From Octopus vulgaris (taxonomy: Eukaryota): DNA of 64,000 nucleotides. The DNA is taken from assembly GCA_951406725.2 (NCBI GenBank), contig OX597821.1, forward strand, positions 41,850,001 to 41,914,000, given 5' to 3'. The notes beneath the pieces were generated by a model. The model was not told where the DNA came from and did not search any database. It worked only from the letters and a program-made list of their open reading frames with translations. Shown piece by piece: positions 37,525-50,777 of the stretch (positions within the stretch are counted from its first letter, which is position 1; each line of letters opens with the position of its first letter). The position numbers and the translations under genes were made by a program.

Positions 37525-38049
37525 CTCTCTCTCCATATGTGTGTGTGTGTTTAGTTTTGTTGAAGGCGGTGAGCCAGCAGTAGAACTGTCGACGCATTGG
37601 ACAAAATGCCTAGCGGCCTTTCTTTTGGCTCTCCTCTCTGAGTTCAGATACCGTTGAGATCGACTTTGCCTTTCATCCTATCGCAGTCGATAAAATAAAG
37701 TACCTGTTAAGTACTGGGGGCGATGTAATTGAGTAGGCCCCTCCTCTCAACTGCTGGCCTTCTGCCAAAATTAGAAAAAAATATTTAATTATTTTTTTCT
37801 AGATTTCTTGCCAATGAAGCACAAATTTCTAATCATAACCTAGATCCAAGATCCCTTCCTTAGAATTTCAAGAAAAACAGAGAAGATGTTCGTATACGTG
37901 TAGAAGGATTTGTTGTCTGTACATGTTCATATAGATACATACCTACGTGTGCGTGTGTGAGTATGTGTGTCTGTGTGTCACAGACGATTCCAATATTTGT
38001 TGTTGCTATACACTGGAAAAGTTCAGTTTGTGATGTAAAAATGAGTCTC

Positions 38050-38570
38050 TCAAAGACAAGCTGATGAGTAACGGTGGAACTCGAAGCCATCCAGCGAAGC
38101 TACACAAAGAAGATTGTCTCAATGCGACGTCTGCGACAGGGAGAGGTAAGACTCTACTTCTCAGAACGAAGGCGGGAAAGACGTGCAATAATATAAAATA
38201 CATCTCGATAATTCCTTGAAGGACTCGTACCAAACTTTGGCACTGGAAGCTACACAAGCAGCAGAACGGGACGTCATTGTATTACACAAACAATCCAAAC
38301 ATTGCCATCAGTATATAAGACGAAATATTGTCACGGCTTGGGTTTTAAGGACCCACAACTCTTCAATATCCTTTTGAAAAGCTCGAGAGACCGACATGCA
38401 ATGGAGGCTGGTGTTTTCAAACCAAAACTGGATCTCTTCCTGTCAAGAGTCCCGGATGAACCTACCTCGCGGCAGGAAACGCAGATGAGGAGAGCGACAT
38501 CAAATTCCTTCATTCAGAGGAGGCTTCAAGTAGTGAAAATGGAGCAAAACGGCGGTGCCCCAGCATAGCT
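38050..38570 (+). mobile_element. CR1/L2-group LINE 3' fragment
   Basis: ELEAIQRSYTKKI...ERRRER...LEGLVPNF...PQLFNIL...FKPKLDLFLSRVPDEP, with frameshifts. Confidence 0.7.
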
Positions 38571-38662
38571 GCAGCTCTCGCGCTGAAACTGGTAAAGAAT
38601 GCACACACACACACACACACACACACACGTATGTATGTATACATGTATGTATGTTAATAACA

Positions 38663-39004
38663 CCTCGGTAAAGCTGGACTCATGAGTTATCTTCGTAGTC
38701 ATAAAACGAGACAGATGAGTGACAACCTGGCCACTGGCGGTGCTGCTACACACCATACTAATCATATCTGTCGGGCATGTGAAAGAGAGTGTAATTCGGC
38801 AGGAGGACTTAAACGACATGCAAAGGTACATGAAGCCCAGTTACAACTACAGCCGGCTATTACCGGTAAAGGTTTTAGCTGCCAATTCTGTACAAGACAT
38901 TGTAAATCTTTAGCTGGGCTAAAAAGTCACATTCGATTACGGCACCAGTAACAGTTAAGCTTCGTGCAATGGCCATACTCGATAACGAGGGGGCAGCCAT
39001 CATC
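38663..39004 (+). mobile_element. Short 5'-truncated copy of the RTE LINE at 27.2-28.5 kb
   Basis: Highly similar to about 28133-28472; 15-bp target duplication ATGTTAATAACACCT at 38651-38665 and 39005-39019. Confidence 0.92.
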
Positions 39005-39420
39005 ATGTTAATAACACCTAGACGAAGGTGCTTTTTTCTCCACTCACCGAAGTGAATGGAGCTTTGGACAAGATGAACTGATGTCGTCAGATGGTAGGCA
39101 ACAATCATCAGGGGATTCGACCCTGAACCGTAAAACCCTCCCATCGGTGGGTCAGCAGACGTGGCCAAATCACTGCTCCTCAACTCCTTCCTGCTTTCAC
39201 TCCTCTCCATGACCAGCAAGAGGCTCTTTCTGCTGCCTCACACATCATGTGCACACCCACCCTCCGCTCCTTTCCTCTCATCCCAATGGCTGTAAGTATT
39301 TTCCACACCGGCTGGGCAGAGAACCCTCTACAACCAAGCTCGACTGGAAAAAGCCATAATTTGTCATCTCTATTCTCCTTGAAATCCTGCAGAAGGGTCT
39401 CGTACTTGGCATTTACCATA
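39005..39420 (-). mobile_element. Hero-clade non-LTR 3' fragment (restriction-like endonuclease end)
   Basis: AKYETL...LFPVELGCRGFSAQ...AAERASCW matches the Hero C-terminus (PVEVGCRGF...AAE.AS.W). Confidence 0.75.
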
Positions 39421-40052
39421 GCTCAATCTAATCACTCTTCTCTCTCACAAATTATTCTCACCTAGTTCACTTTTATTTTCGTCTCCTCTCTTTTCCTCTC
39501 TCCTCATATCAACCTTCTCTCTCTCTCTCTCTCTCTCTCTCATCCCTTTACTTTTGTCTTAACCTCATTCCCACATTTCATTTATTAATGCCTCCACTCC
39601 CACCATTACTTCCCCCCCTCTCTCTCTCTCTCTCTTTCACACACACACACACACACACAAACACTTTTATCCGCCATTACTTCGACACCATTTGCAATAC
39701 AACTTTCCAATTTAATACCGACTTCCTTCTTAACCAGCCATAAATACTTGCTACGTGAAAGAATAAGAAAACAAATAATTTAAATGGCGACAACCTGAAC
39801 TCTCTGCAAGTCCAGTCTCTCAAAACTTACAAGTGATTTCGAACTAAAACCTCCCCAAGCATTAATTGATCAACCAACATGTATTAGCTGCGGAACTGCT
39901 CTTTTCTTTTCTTCCCCGCCCCCATCTTCCCACTCTCGCTTTTTTTCTTTCTTTTTACCCTGGATCTTAATAGAATTGGATATTCTTAGCGTGTAAAAAT
40001 TCTTGCTTCATCGAAAATGAAGTCGATAGAAAACTTTTAGTGTTTTATATAC

Positions 40053-40096
<44 letters not shown>

Positions 40097-40106
40097 TTTT
40101 ATATGA

Positions 40107-40140
<34 letters not shown>

Positions 40141-40171
40141 TTTTATATGAGTATATATATATTTATATGCG

Positions 40172-40209
<38 letters not shown>

Positions 40210-41564
40210 AGGGAAATATACACGTGTGCATATATATATATATATATATACCTATACACACACAGAATAACACAGTATATATATATATACATATACACTT
40301 GCACATGTGTACATAAATACGTATATACACATATACATACATACATGTATATATACATAAGCACATATACGCTTATATATACATACACATTGTTTGTTTT
40401 GTTTATGTTTTGACTTTTTTATATAAAAAAATGCCTGTTACTAATGGATTCTATTCATCATTCCTCCCATCCTGCCCCCACCCCATCCCACCCCACCACC
40501 ATCATCTTCACTACCATTCCCAACATCACCTCCATCCGTGCACTTCACAGCGTATTTCAAATTACTATTACGGTTGGTGTCGGAGGATATAAAAGCAAAC
40601 AAGGAAACGAAACTAACTTCTGAAGAATCCGTACTCAAGAAAGTAGAGTACACGATTGACTTCCGCTATATAATCTGGCGATATGGTTTCGATTCCCAGT
40701 TGCAGTTATTTTACTTCACTTCCTTTTTCCATGTCCTAGAGAAGGGCATAAACATCACTCAATCTCATTTTACTTTCGATCATCCACCTGCAAATTTCAA
40801 AAGATTTCACGTTTCTAAATTCTGATGACGTCAACGACATAGAATTCTCGCTCGTAAGAATGAAGATTTTAAAATAAATGAGGAAATTTGATTGATTGCT
40901 TCGATCCAATGGAAGAACGCCTGTCATATAACCAAGTGATGTACGTTCGAGTCCCACGAGCAGCCTTCGACCTATTTTCTATCCAAAGGGTTTTTAACCT
41001 AATATTTACACGCTGTTATTTATGGCTTTATTTGCTTCAAGATTCACCGTTCTCAAAACGAACTAGTCTATTAATTTTAATGACTCGGAGGTAGAAGACA
41101 GGATCCAGGGACCTAACCAATTAATCGCAATAGAGTGGACTCCACTAAAGGCACCTCGGGGTCGAGGGGAATTGTTAAACTGAGTGACTAAAGATAGAAA
41201 CCGTAATCAGAAAGAGTAAATAGAATCAAATTCCCCAACCGAGAATCGAACCTGCATCCCAGTTTTTGTATACTACGGGCTTACCACAATCCAACGGTGC
41301 TCACACGAAGTAACTTTACACACAGCTCTCTGACAACAACTTGATTAAATAAATGTTCAGTTGGGAGACAGCATTTGATATCATAATTGAAACCTGCGTT
41401 TAATATTGTGATAGCTTTAAACCTCATTAGAGAGATAAACTCTTGTGTTTTGTTGAAATTAATTATTGTCAAAACATCTAGTGAGAAAAAAGAAAGAAAA
41501 CGTCCTCGAACTTGAACCCAGACGATCACATACAGTGACGATTCGTACGAACACGAAAATGTCT

Positions 41565-41600
<36 letters not shown>

Positions 41601-44600
41601 TAGCGTGTGTACGTGTTTCTGAAAGCAACTACGCAAAGCAGCAAAGAGCATATGCGAAACACATACATTTTTGCATACATATTTATGCTTGGAAGACAGA
41701 CTAGTAATTAGCTAAATGCACTTGTTAATGCCATATGTGCATTTGTGCATTTTACCATTTAAGAAACAGCAAGCAGTCGGCTTTACACTTTTTGTTTGCT
41801 TAAACAGAAAAGAGGAAGAAAGCGAAACAATATTACCAAAGCCTGAAAACTTGTTGTTAAACCATAAACTTCCGAAATAATAGAAAACTGCCGGAAAACA
41901 TCTGCTTCGACAATTTAGAAAAAAACCTTTCATTTGAAGAAAAATTAATTATCACCCTCAACCTTCCTCTTCCCACCCACGTTGCCCTAAATGATTTTTC
42001 TGTGACCTTGACAGTTAAGAGAATAGGCAAAACGTCGAAGAAAATGTTTAGCGACATTTCTTTTAGCACTTCACATTCTGAGTTCAAATCCCGCCGGGGT
42101 CAACGTTGCCGTCCATCCTCGCGGGATGGTTATAATAAGGTACCAGCTAAATACTGGGGTCGATGTAATCGACTTTCCCCCCTCCCCTCAAAATCGCTGG
42201 CCTTGAACCCAGCAATCGACCGGTGTCCCTTTCAGAGGGAATGTTGACCCCAAAGAAACCAGGTTACCGACCTTATGGGTCCAAGGGATTGAACAAAAAA
42301 AATCACAATGTTCAAGATAGAGTACGATAGTTCACAGCTGAATGCATCCATTTTCATGCTTGAATGGTTTTGGAGGCGTACCACTCATTCATTAGCCTTG
42401 TAATATTACTTTGATGCTGACCAGGAGCTCTGTCAGTCTTAACACTAACATTTGCCAGCTGAGTGGACTGTGGCAATGTGAAGTAAAGTGCCTTGCCCAA
42501 GGATATAATGCATCTCTCAGACCGGGAATCGACCCACGGCCTTTACGATCGACAGTCATTTGTCCAACCCCTAAGCCATGCGCCTTCTAAGGTATCAATT
42601 TTATCGTAGGAGGTGAGCTGAGACAATCGTTAGCACGCCGGATGAAATACTTGGCGGTACTTTATCCGTTTTTTACGTTCTGACTTCAAATTCTGCATAA
42701 GTCGACTTTGCCTTTCATCCTTTCGGGATCGATAAAATAAGTACCAGTTGAATACTGGGGTCGATTTAATCGGCTTACCCGCCCTCCCCGAAATTGTTGG
42801 CCTTCTGCTTAAACTTGAACCCATTATTATTGTAGGCGGATAAGGCGGCGAGCTGGCAGAATCGTTAGCACGCTGGACGAAATGCGTAGCCGTATTTCGT
42901 CTGCCGTTACGTTCTGAGTTCAAATTCTGCTGAAGTCGACTTTGCCTTTCCTCTTTTCGGGGTCGATAAATCAAGTACCAGTTGAGTACTGGGGTCGATG
43001 TGATCGACTATCCCTCTCCCCACAAAATCCAGGCCTTGTGCCTGTGGTAGAAAGAATAGTTATTGTAAGTGGCGAGGTGGCAGAATCGTTAGCTCATCGG
43101 ACAAACTGCTAAGAAGCATTCCTTCCGGCTCTTTACGTTCTGAGTTCAAATACCACCGAGGTCGAAATTGCTTTTCATTCTTTCGGGGACAATAAGATGT
43201 CGATGTAATGTCATCTTTACATCGACCTTCTCAAAATTGCTGGCATTGTGCGAAAATTAAAAAGAATTTAACTGTACTCACTTTACATAATAAATGTATG
43301 AAGAAAAACTTCCTGGACAACGGAAAACCCCACGATAACGGTACATCGAATCGAAAGTTTCCGTTAATTCGGGAGTTTATTGCATTTACTTGTGTTGAGC
43401 CATAGATAATTCAACTCAGTTTTCCGCAAGTTTCTTTATATTCGGCATCATTCTCAGACATAAGTTCGTAGTTATCAGAATTTATTTCACAAACCGTTTC
43501 TGCCGGTTAGAATATTTACCAAATTGACAGAGAAACAATGACGGAGAAAGTTTGTTTTATCAAAGATCTTCCAAGTGTAAATTGTTCTACGACTGCTTAT
43601 AATCAAATTGTTATGTCCGTTATCTCCTGGTGCCTTTTCTTTGTTGTAAAATATATGTGAAATACATAAATTTTATTACGAAATTCAAAACATTCTTGTT
43701 CTTTAATAATCGTTATTATCTATTGAGGAATATTATATTCCAGATAAACCGAATAACGCCTGAGAAATAGTTTGAAATACTAAAATTTCTCCGGTTATCA
43801 ATAACACCTTCCGATATTAAACAGACATTTTTCACGTCTTCAAATTAACGCCCAGACATCAAGAAATACAAGACAAATTGCTTATCGCGAGGAAAACGTT
43901 CTGCTTCTCCAAATTTTAGGAAGAACAAATTCTTAGATAAACCATAACTCTTCATTACAAACGCAGGGTAGGTAGAAACTGACACATTTGAAGAAAGGAA
44001 CTGATATATTCTATTCCAAACATTCCAAGAGTTCACTGGATTAGTAGAATTTGTAGATTTGTTCAGGCTCTTTACGTCATGAGTTTAAATCCCGTCGAAG
44101 TCCACTTTGCCTTCTTCCCGTCCGGGGGTCAATAAAATAAAGTACTAGTTAAGTAAAAAGCTCAGCCGTCACTCGCAAGCGAGCATGTCATGGTAACATG
44201 TACCATTCTTACACCAATTGCTTTAGCTGTCTGTGTAGTCATGAACGGACATAGGGACCCTCTCAGCATTTCTACCCTTGATCAGCTGGGTGTAACAACA
44301 TCGAAGGTGTGGAAGCTGGACAGAGGGGGCAAAGGGGGAAGCACCCGTTGTCAGACGGCACTCATTTTTAGCTGAGTAGAACGGAGCAACGTTAAATGAG
44401 ATCTTATTCAAGGACACAACGCATCACGTGGTTCAGAAACCGAATCCACAGTCTTGTAGTTGTGATCTCAACAATTTTGTTCACCAGGCCACGTACTCTC
44501 CGTTAAGTACTGGGGTCGATTGTCACAGCTGGAATGCCTTTGATCATTGGCTTGTCGTATCAGAGCTGAGCCTGAGCTAACCAACAATAACGATATTCAC

Positions 44601-47600
44601 AAATCTTTTCCCTCTATTTCTAAATATGACATCGGAAATCCTTTCTCTAATCCATAGACTTCGTCAAACCAATATTAACGCTATCAGCCATTCTGCCATT
44701 CCAAAGACCTTTCTTTTTTTCGAATGGATGAGAGACATGTCAGCACCAGGATATGGTGAACACTCTTTTTAAGCTCTGCTCACGAAATCTGTCTGGAACT
44801 GTCAATGAATTTGACGATAAAGCTCCACTCTCCATTGTATGTCATCGTTGAAATTTCAATTATTTTGAATTTCGGAGTTGTTTCCCTTGTCCTTTCTGTT
44901 CTGAATTAAATTTAAAGCTAATGGATTTACTCTTCACTACGGCTGTTAATTTAATATTTTTGTTAGAAATCGATTCGATGTACCGTTACCGTGGGTTTTC
45001 CGTTGTCCAGGAAGTTTTCTTCATACATTTATTATGTAAAGTGAGTACAGTAAAATTCTTTCTAATTTTCGCACAATGCCAGCAATTTTGAGAAGGTCGA
45101 TATAGAGATGACATTACATCGACCCCAATGTTCAAATGGCACGTAATGACATGGAGATGAGACATTCCTCCATTTCTTTTTTCCTTTTATTTTCCAGAAA
45201 GTTACATTAAAAGAAGTTATACATAAAACCCTACCAAGGGACTAAAACCATTCTCACGATAAGGTACTAAACACTATAATACAACAACACAGCAATGTCT
45301 GTTGTGTGACAAAATGTCGGTAAATACTAAAGACCATGCACCTGTGTTTCTTTCCTTTGTTCCAAGACTAAATTCATGTTTGAATACTGTCAGTTACACA
45401 ATGATTTCGTTTATGGCCTTTCAGACGTAAATTCTTCACAAACAACAAATGACAATAACAAGCCACAAAAATCTCTAAGACAGTTCAAGTATAGAGATAC
45501 AGTTTATTTTATGATAAATGGTTGTCACGATCAGTTATGAACTTTTACGCTAAGGTCCTCGTTATCTTTCTAAAGCTATTTTTTTTATCTTCCTGAGAAT
45601 TTTATTTACCATAAGCGCAGGCGTGGCTGTGAGGTAAGAAGCTTGCTTCCCAGTTACATGGTTCCGGGTTCAGTCCCATGGGCAAGTGTCTTCTACTATA
45701 GCTTCAAGTTAACCAAAGCCTTGTGAGTGGATTTGGTTGACGGAAACTGAAAGAGACCCATCGTATATACGTATATGTATATGCGTGTGTATATGTGTAT
45801 TTGTGTCTATGTTTATACCCTCTACCGCTTGTCAACCGGCATTGGTGTGTTTACATCCCCATAACTTAGCGGTTCGGCAAACGAGACTGATAGAATAAGT
45901 ATCAGGCTTCAAAAAGATAAGTACTGAGGTCAGTTTGTTCGACCAAAACCCTTCAAGGTGGTGCCCCACCATGGCCGCAGTCAAACGACTGAAACTAGTA
46001 AAAGAGAGAAGAGAGAATAGCTTTTTGAACGAAGGGAGAAGTTTTGTAAGGCATGATGGGAGCCTTCATGAAAGGACATTTAACTGTGTTCAAGGCCCAG
46101 AGAGCAAAGAAAGGGTCACGCGAATATCTAACGGGGCCCCTAGCCTATAGAAGCAGCAGCATATTTGATCATCGTATGAAATTATAACAGAACGAACATT
46201 AAGACTAACAGATCACATACACCAGTTAGCAGAACAACGCCATTCTAAGGACGTTTTCAAATGGATGCGAAATAAAAGGAACAGAGGGGGACTGAGAAGT
46301 ACGTAACGCAAAGCATTCCGAACCGAACATGAGAGAGGCCAATATCACATGGCCAGTGCAGAGAAAAGTACAACCAGCTGAAATCAGTGGCCTCAACTTG
46401 TTGCCCAATGAACTCGAAAGCACAGGAGGAACCAAAACTCAACTGAACCATCTGAAAACGGAGGGTCTCCCCCACCAGACACACATACACATACACACAC
46501 ACCTCGGGTAGCAAACAATTTTGTTCTAAATTGCAAAATTCAAAAGTTCTCTCAGAATCCCTGTGCACAGGCTTGTAATCTGTTGGTGCCAGTAATTTAC
46601 ATTAATGCTTTTGGAATGGTATAGGCTTCTTTATTACCCACAAGGGGCTAAACATAGAGGGGACAAACAAGGATAGACAAACGAAGTCGATTACATCGAC
46701 CCCAGTGCGTAAATGGTACTTAATTAATCGACCCCGAAAGGATGAAAGGCAAAATCGACCTCGGCGAAATTTGAACTCAGAACATAGCGGCAGACGAAAT
46801 GATTATTTCTTTACTACCCACAAGGGGCTAAACACAGAGGGAACAAACAAGGACAGACAAACGGATTAAGTCGATTACATTGACCCCGGTGCGTAACTGG
46901 TACTTAATTTATTGACCCCGAAAGGATGAAAGGCAAAGTCGACCTCGGCGGAATTTGAACTCAGAACGCAACGGCAAACGAAATACGGCGACGCATTTCA
47001 CCCGGCGTGCTAACGGTTCTGCCAGCTCGCCGCCTTTTGGAATGGTATAACCATTCAAAGAAGTGGCCAATAATTTCTTCACTTCCGGTACCAGTTTCGA
47101 CTTTGCTGCACCGAGGTACGGCGGCAGCAGCAGTATGATAATAAAAAGCGACGTCATAAACGATGCAGCGGTTGTGTTATTGATTTATTAAACCAACACA
47201 AGATAGCATACATCTAAAGAGAGATACAGTTCGATATTTTATCAATCACTTGATGAGATTGCATATAAAAATTACCAACCGACCATTCTACTTTTGAAAC
47301 AAATCAATATTTTGTATTCTAAAGAGTAATTAATATGTTATTGTTTATATTCATTAATTGTAAACGTTAATTACAAATTATATTCTTAATTGCAAAATAG
47401 AATTTTAAAAACAATATATTTAAGATTTCAGCCACAAAACCGAAAGACATTAATCCGAGGTTGAATGATCGACCATTAGCTTAAACAGAGAGAGGGAGAG
47501 GAGGGGAGGAGGAGGAGGAGGAGGATAGGGAGAGAAAGGAAAGGTTGGATGCTGGACAAAATGGGGGACAAAGGGGGAGAGAGAGGGGGAGAGAGGGAAT

Positions 47601-50600
47601 TGAACCTTGAAACTAATATTGGTTTCACATTTTGGCACAAGGTCAGCAATTCTGGGGTGTAGGGGTTAAGTCGATTACATCGACCCCAGTGCACAAATGG
47701 TATTTATTTTATCGACCCCCGAAAGAATGAAAGGTAAATTCGACCTCGGCGGAATTTGAACTCAGAGCGTAAAGCCGGACGAAAACATTTTTCCCGGCCC
47801 CGCTAACGATTCTGCCAGCTCACTGCCTTATACCTGCAACTAATGTTATTACAAAATATTCTATAAGCTATATATGGTGAATGGTGGATCTCCGTCGTTA
47901 AACAATGAGGATTCAGTTGTTTGATGAACTGAATTATCTGCTCCAGGATTTATGTGTAACTGGCTGAGTATTCCACAGACGTGTACCCTTAACATTATTC
48001 TCATGGAGAATCAGCATTACAACGCTGCTGGCCACAAAAAGTTTAAATATTCCCGACACAGATCTTTTAGAACGGTGAATTATTATCACCCACCACCACC
48101 GCACAATCATAAAAGATATTGTTAATATTGTGTTAATTTATATACACATATATATAATAACTTAGCGGTTCGCCAAAGGAGACCGATAAGAACAGAAAAA
48201 AATTATTTCACAGAAGGCCAATGAGGTCCAGTTGGACCCTGATTACCATATTTTATGCTCTAACATCCATATGACTGGAAACTTTTAACTCAAAATTTGT
48301 TTGTGCATATACAAACTATTGACAATAAATGTCATATAAATATAAATTCATTTAAATGTAAAATGCAAAAGCTGCATAACTTTTAAAATTTTCTGGGGTC
48401 CCAAGCGACCCCCACCGGCCCACTAAGGGTTAAGGTCGACTCGAGGCTATAGAAAATAACATTTATCCAAGATGCCAAGCAATGGGATTGAATCCGAAAC
48501 TTCGTGGTCGCAAAGGGAACTTCTTCGCCGTCTCAGCCATACCGCTCCTATAAGGTACATACATATAGTGAGTGCGATTATGCAGTAACAAGATTTGAGT
48601 CAGTCGATTTCACAAGAATAATTATGTTGCCCCAATGTAAAGTACTTCTCCAATGCCAATTAAATGTTTAACAAAATCATAGACCGAACACACAAAGATC
48701 TTCTCCCCCGACCCTCATCTATAAAAGAAATGTTTGAAATCATAATAGTTATTGTGCAGCCTTATATTAGTCCTTAATGAGCAGATCTACGGCACAATGG
48801 ACGAGCAATCAGATTCAAATCACAGATGTTTTGTTCTAAGATATATTAAGCTACTTCTGTCTGGTTGAAGGTCCCGATACAATGATAAATCGTTTAAAGT
48901 ACCGTGTGAACGTCGTCTTCAGTACAATTAGCAATTGTTCAGCTACAAGTCAACCATGATCCAACAGACTATATAATCAAACGTATTCCAAGTGTGACCT
49001 CTCCAACTTTTTTGCCCACGCATGGTACACCCAGAAACATATTCAATTTTTTTTCCGTTTTTTTTTTTCTTCTTTCTGTAATGTTAGAGTGAGTTCTGAA
49101 AGACATTGACTTCGATTTCTAACAGGTAGAACGGCCGAAAGAGATTCGAGTAGATTCTGGTAGTAATGGTAGAGAGGATGGACTGTGTCACAGTTCGATA
49201 GTTGCGGCCCTTCTGCGTTTCTTATTGGTGGTGTGTATCGCAGCAGGGTGGTTGGTGAGGGGTGACGAGTGAGGAAACTGATGCTGCTACTATTCGGAGC
49301 AAAGTTTCTCGGTGACTAACATAACTGGGGCCTCCGTTGCTTACGACGGCGATTCAATCAGCGGAACATCCTGCTCATGAAATTAACGTACAAATTGCAC
49401 AAGGAGATTTAGCGTGGTACGAAATGTGACAAAGCTGACCCTTTGAAATATAGGTACTACTCATTTTTGCCAGGTGAATGGTCTGGAGCAGCGTGAAATA
49501 AATGTCATGTTCAAGGGCCAACGGGCCGCCGGGAATCGAACTCATAACCTTACGATCGTGAGCCAAATATCTCTAACTACTAAGCCACACACCTTCAGCT
49601 GGTGATTAACGTAAAGTTGGAATGGCTGCGCAGTTGTGTCTGAGAGAATGATAGGATTATGGATAGGATTGATATGATCTACATATGAAACTATGTGAAA
49701 GTTTTTGTGGGAGAGTAGAAAACTGATGCTGGAATTATCTTCGAAAAATGGATGAGAAGACGGATTCTTGCAGATCTTTGGATGCTGAAATGCAAAGCTA
49801 AAATCTTAGTTCAACCATATCCGAGACCAAGAAACTGTTTTAAATACTCCAGCACATCACAATGTATTAATCCATATTCTTAGATGAGTTTGAGTTTTAA
49901 CGGCAAGAATATCATCATTCAAAAAGATAACCGATGACTTTCAGACTTCAATAGACAGTCCTTAAATCATGTTTCTGGTATTAACAGATTTCTATTGATG
50001 CCAAACTGATCTTTTATGTGTAGCCTAGTGTTCTCTCCTTCGCCAGATCACATTGTAAATATAAATGTCCTGATATAAGCAAACAAAACGAAACAGAAAA
50101 AGAAAAGAAAAAACAGCTACGCAGATATTATTTGATATTTAGTGTTATTTTTAAGTCGATAACTTCATTCAGTTTAATCCAGGCCGAGAGGAAACAAAAC
50201 GTTATTAATGGTTTCTCGATGAAACGTTAAGCTCGGATAAGAAAGAAGAGCAAGGAAGTGATTCAAGAGAGAGAAAATACAAAATTTTCCAGAAAGTATT
50301 TCGAACGTTACATCAAATACATCATTCTATTGAAATATCCTTCCGCTCTGCAAACACATACATTCGTTCATCTATATATATATATATACGGCTATGTAAA
50401 TCTACTGATTCTTTGCCTCCTTCAACCATTTACTTGTCATGTTTATCCTTCTGCTGTGTAGTTATGTCTCAACGTTTGTGCATGTGTGTGTGAGAGAGAA
50501 AGCGAGAGAGTGTGCGTGTGTGTTTGTACACGCGCCTAAGTGTATATATATACACACACACATGCGCGCGCGTTGTGTGTGTGTGTGTGGAGGCGCAACT

Positions 50601-50732
50601 TTCTCTCACTCTTCTGTTGGCCTGCTCGCTTAGCCAGCGGGGTGGCGTCATTGAAGGCTAAAACAATGCGAAGCGCATTGTGACCAGCGATGTGTAGCAA
50701 CATCTGATGGCGTGGTTGGTATAGAGAGAGAA

Positions 50733-50777
<45 letters not shown>

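Noticed and set aside
38061-38090. CTGATGAG...CTCGAAG hammerhead-like string
   Set aside because: GAAG instead of GAAA, no stem I or cleavage triplet, and it lies within CR1-group coding sequence.
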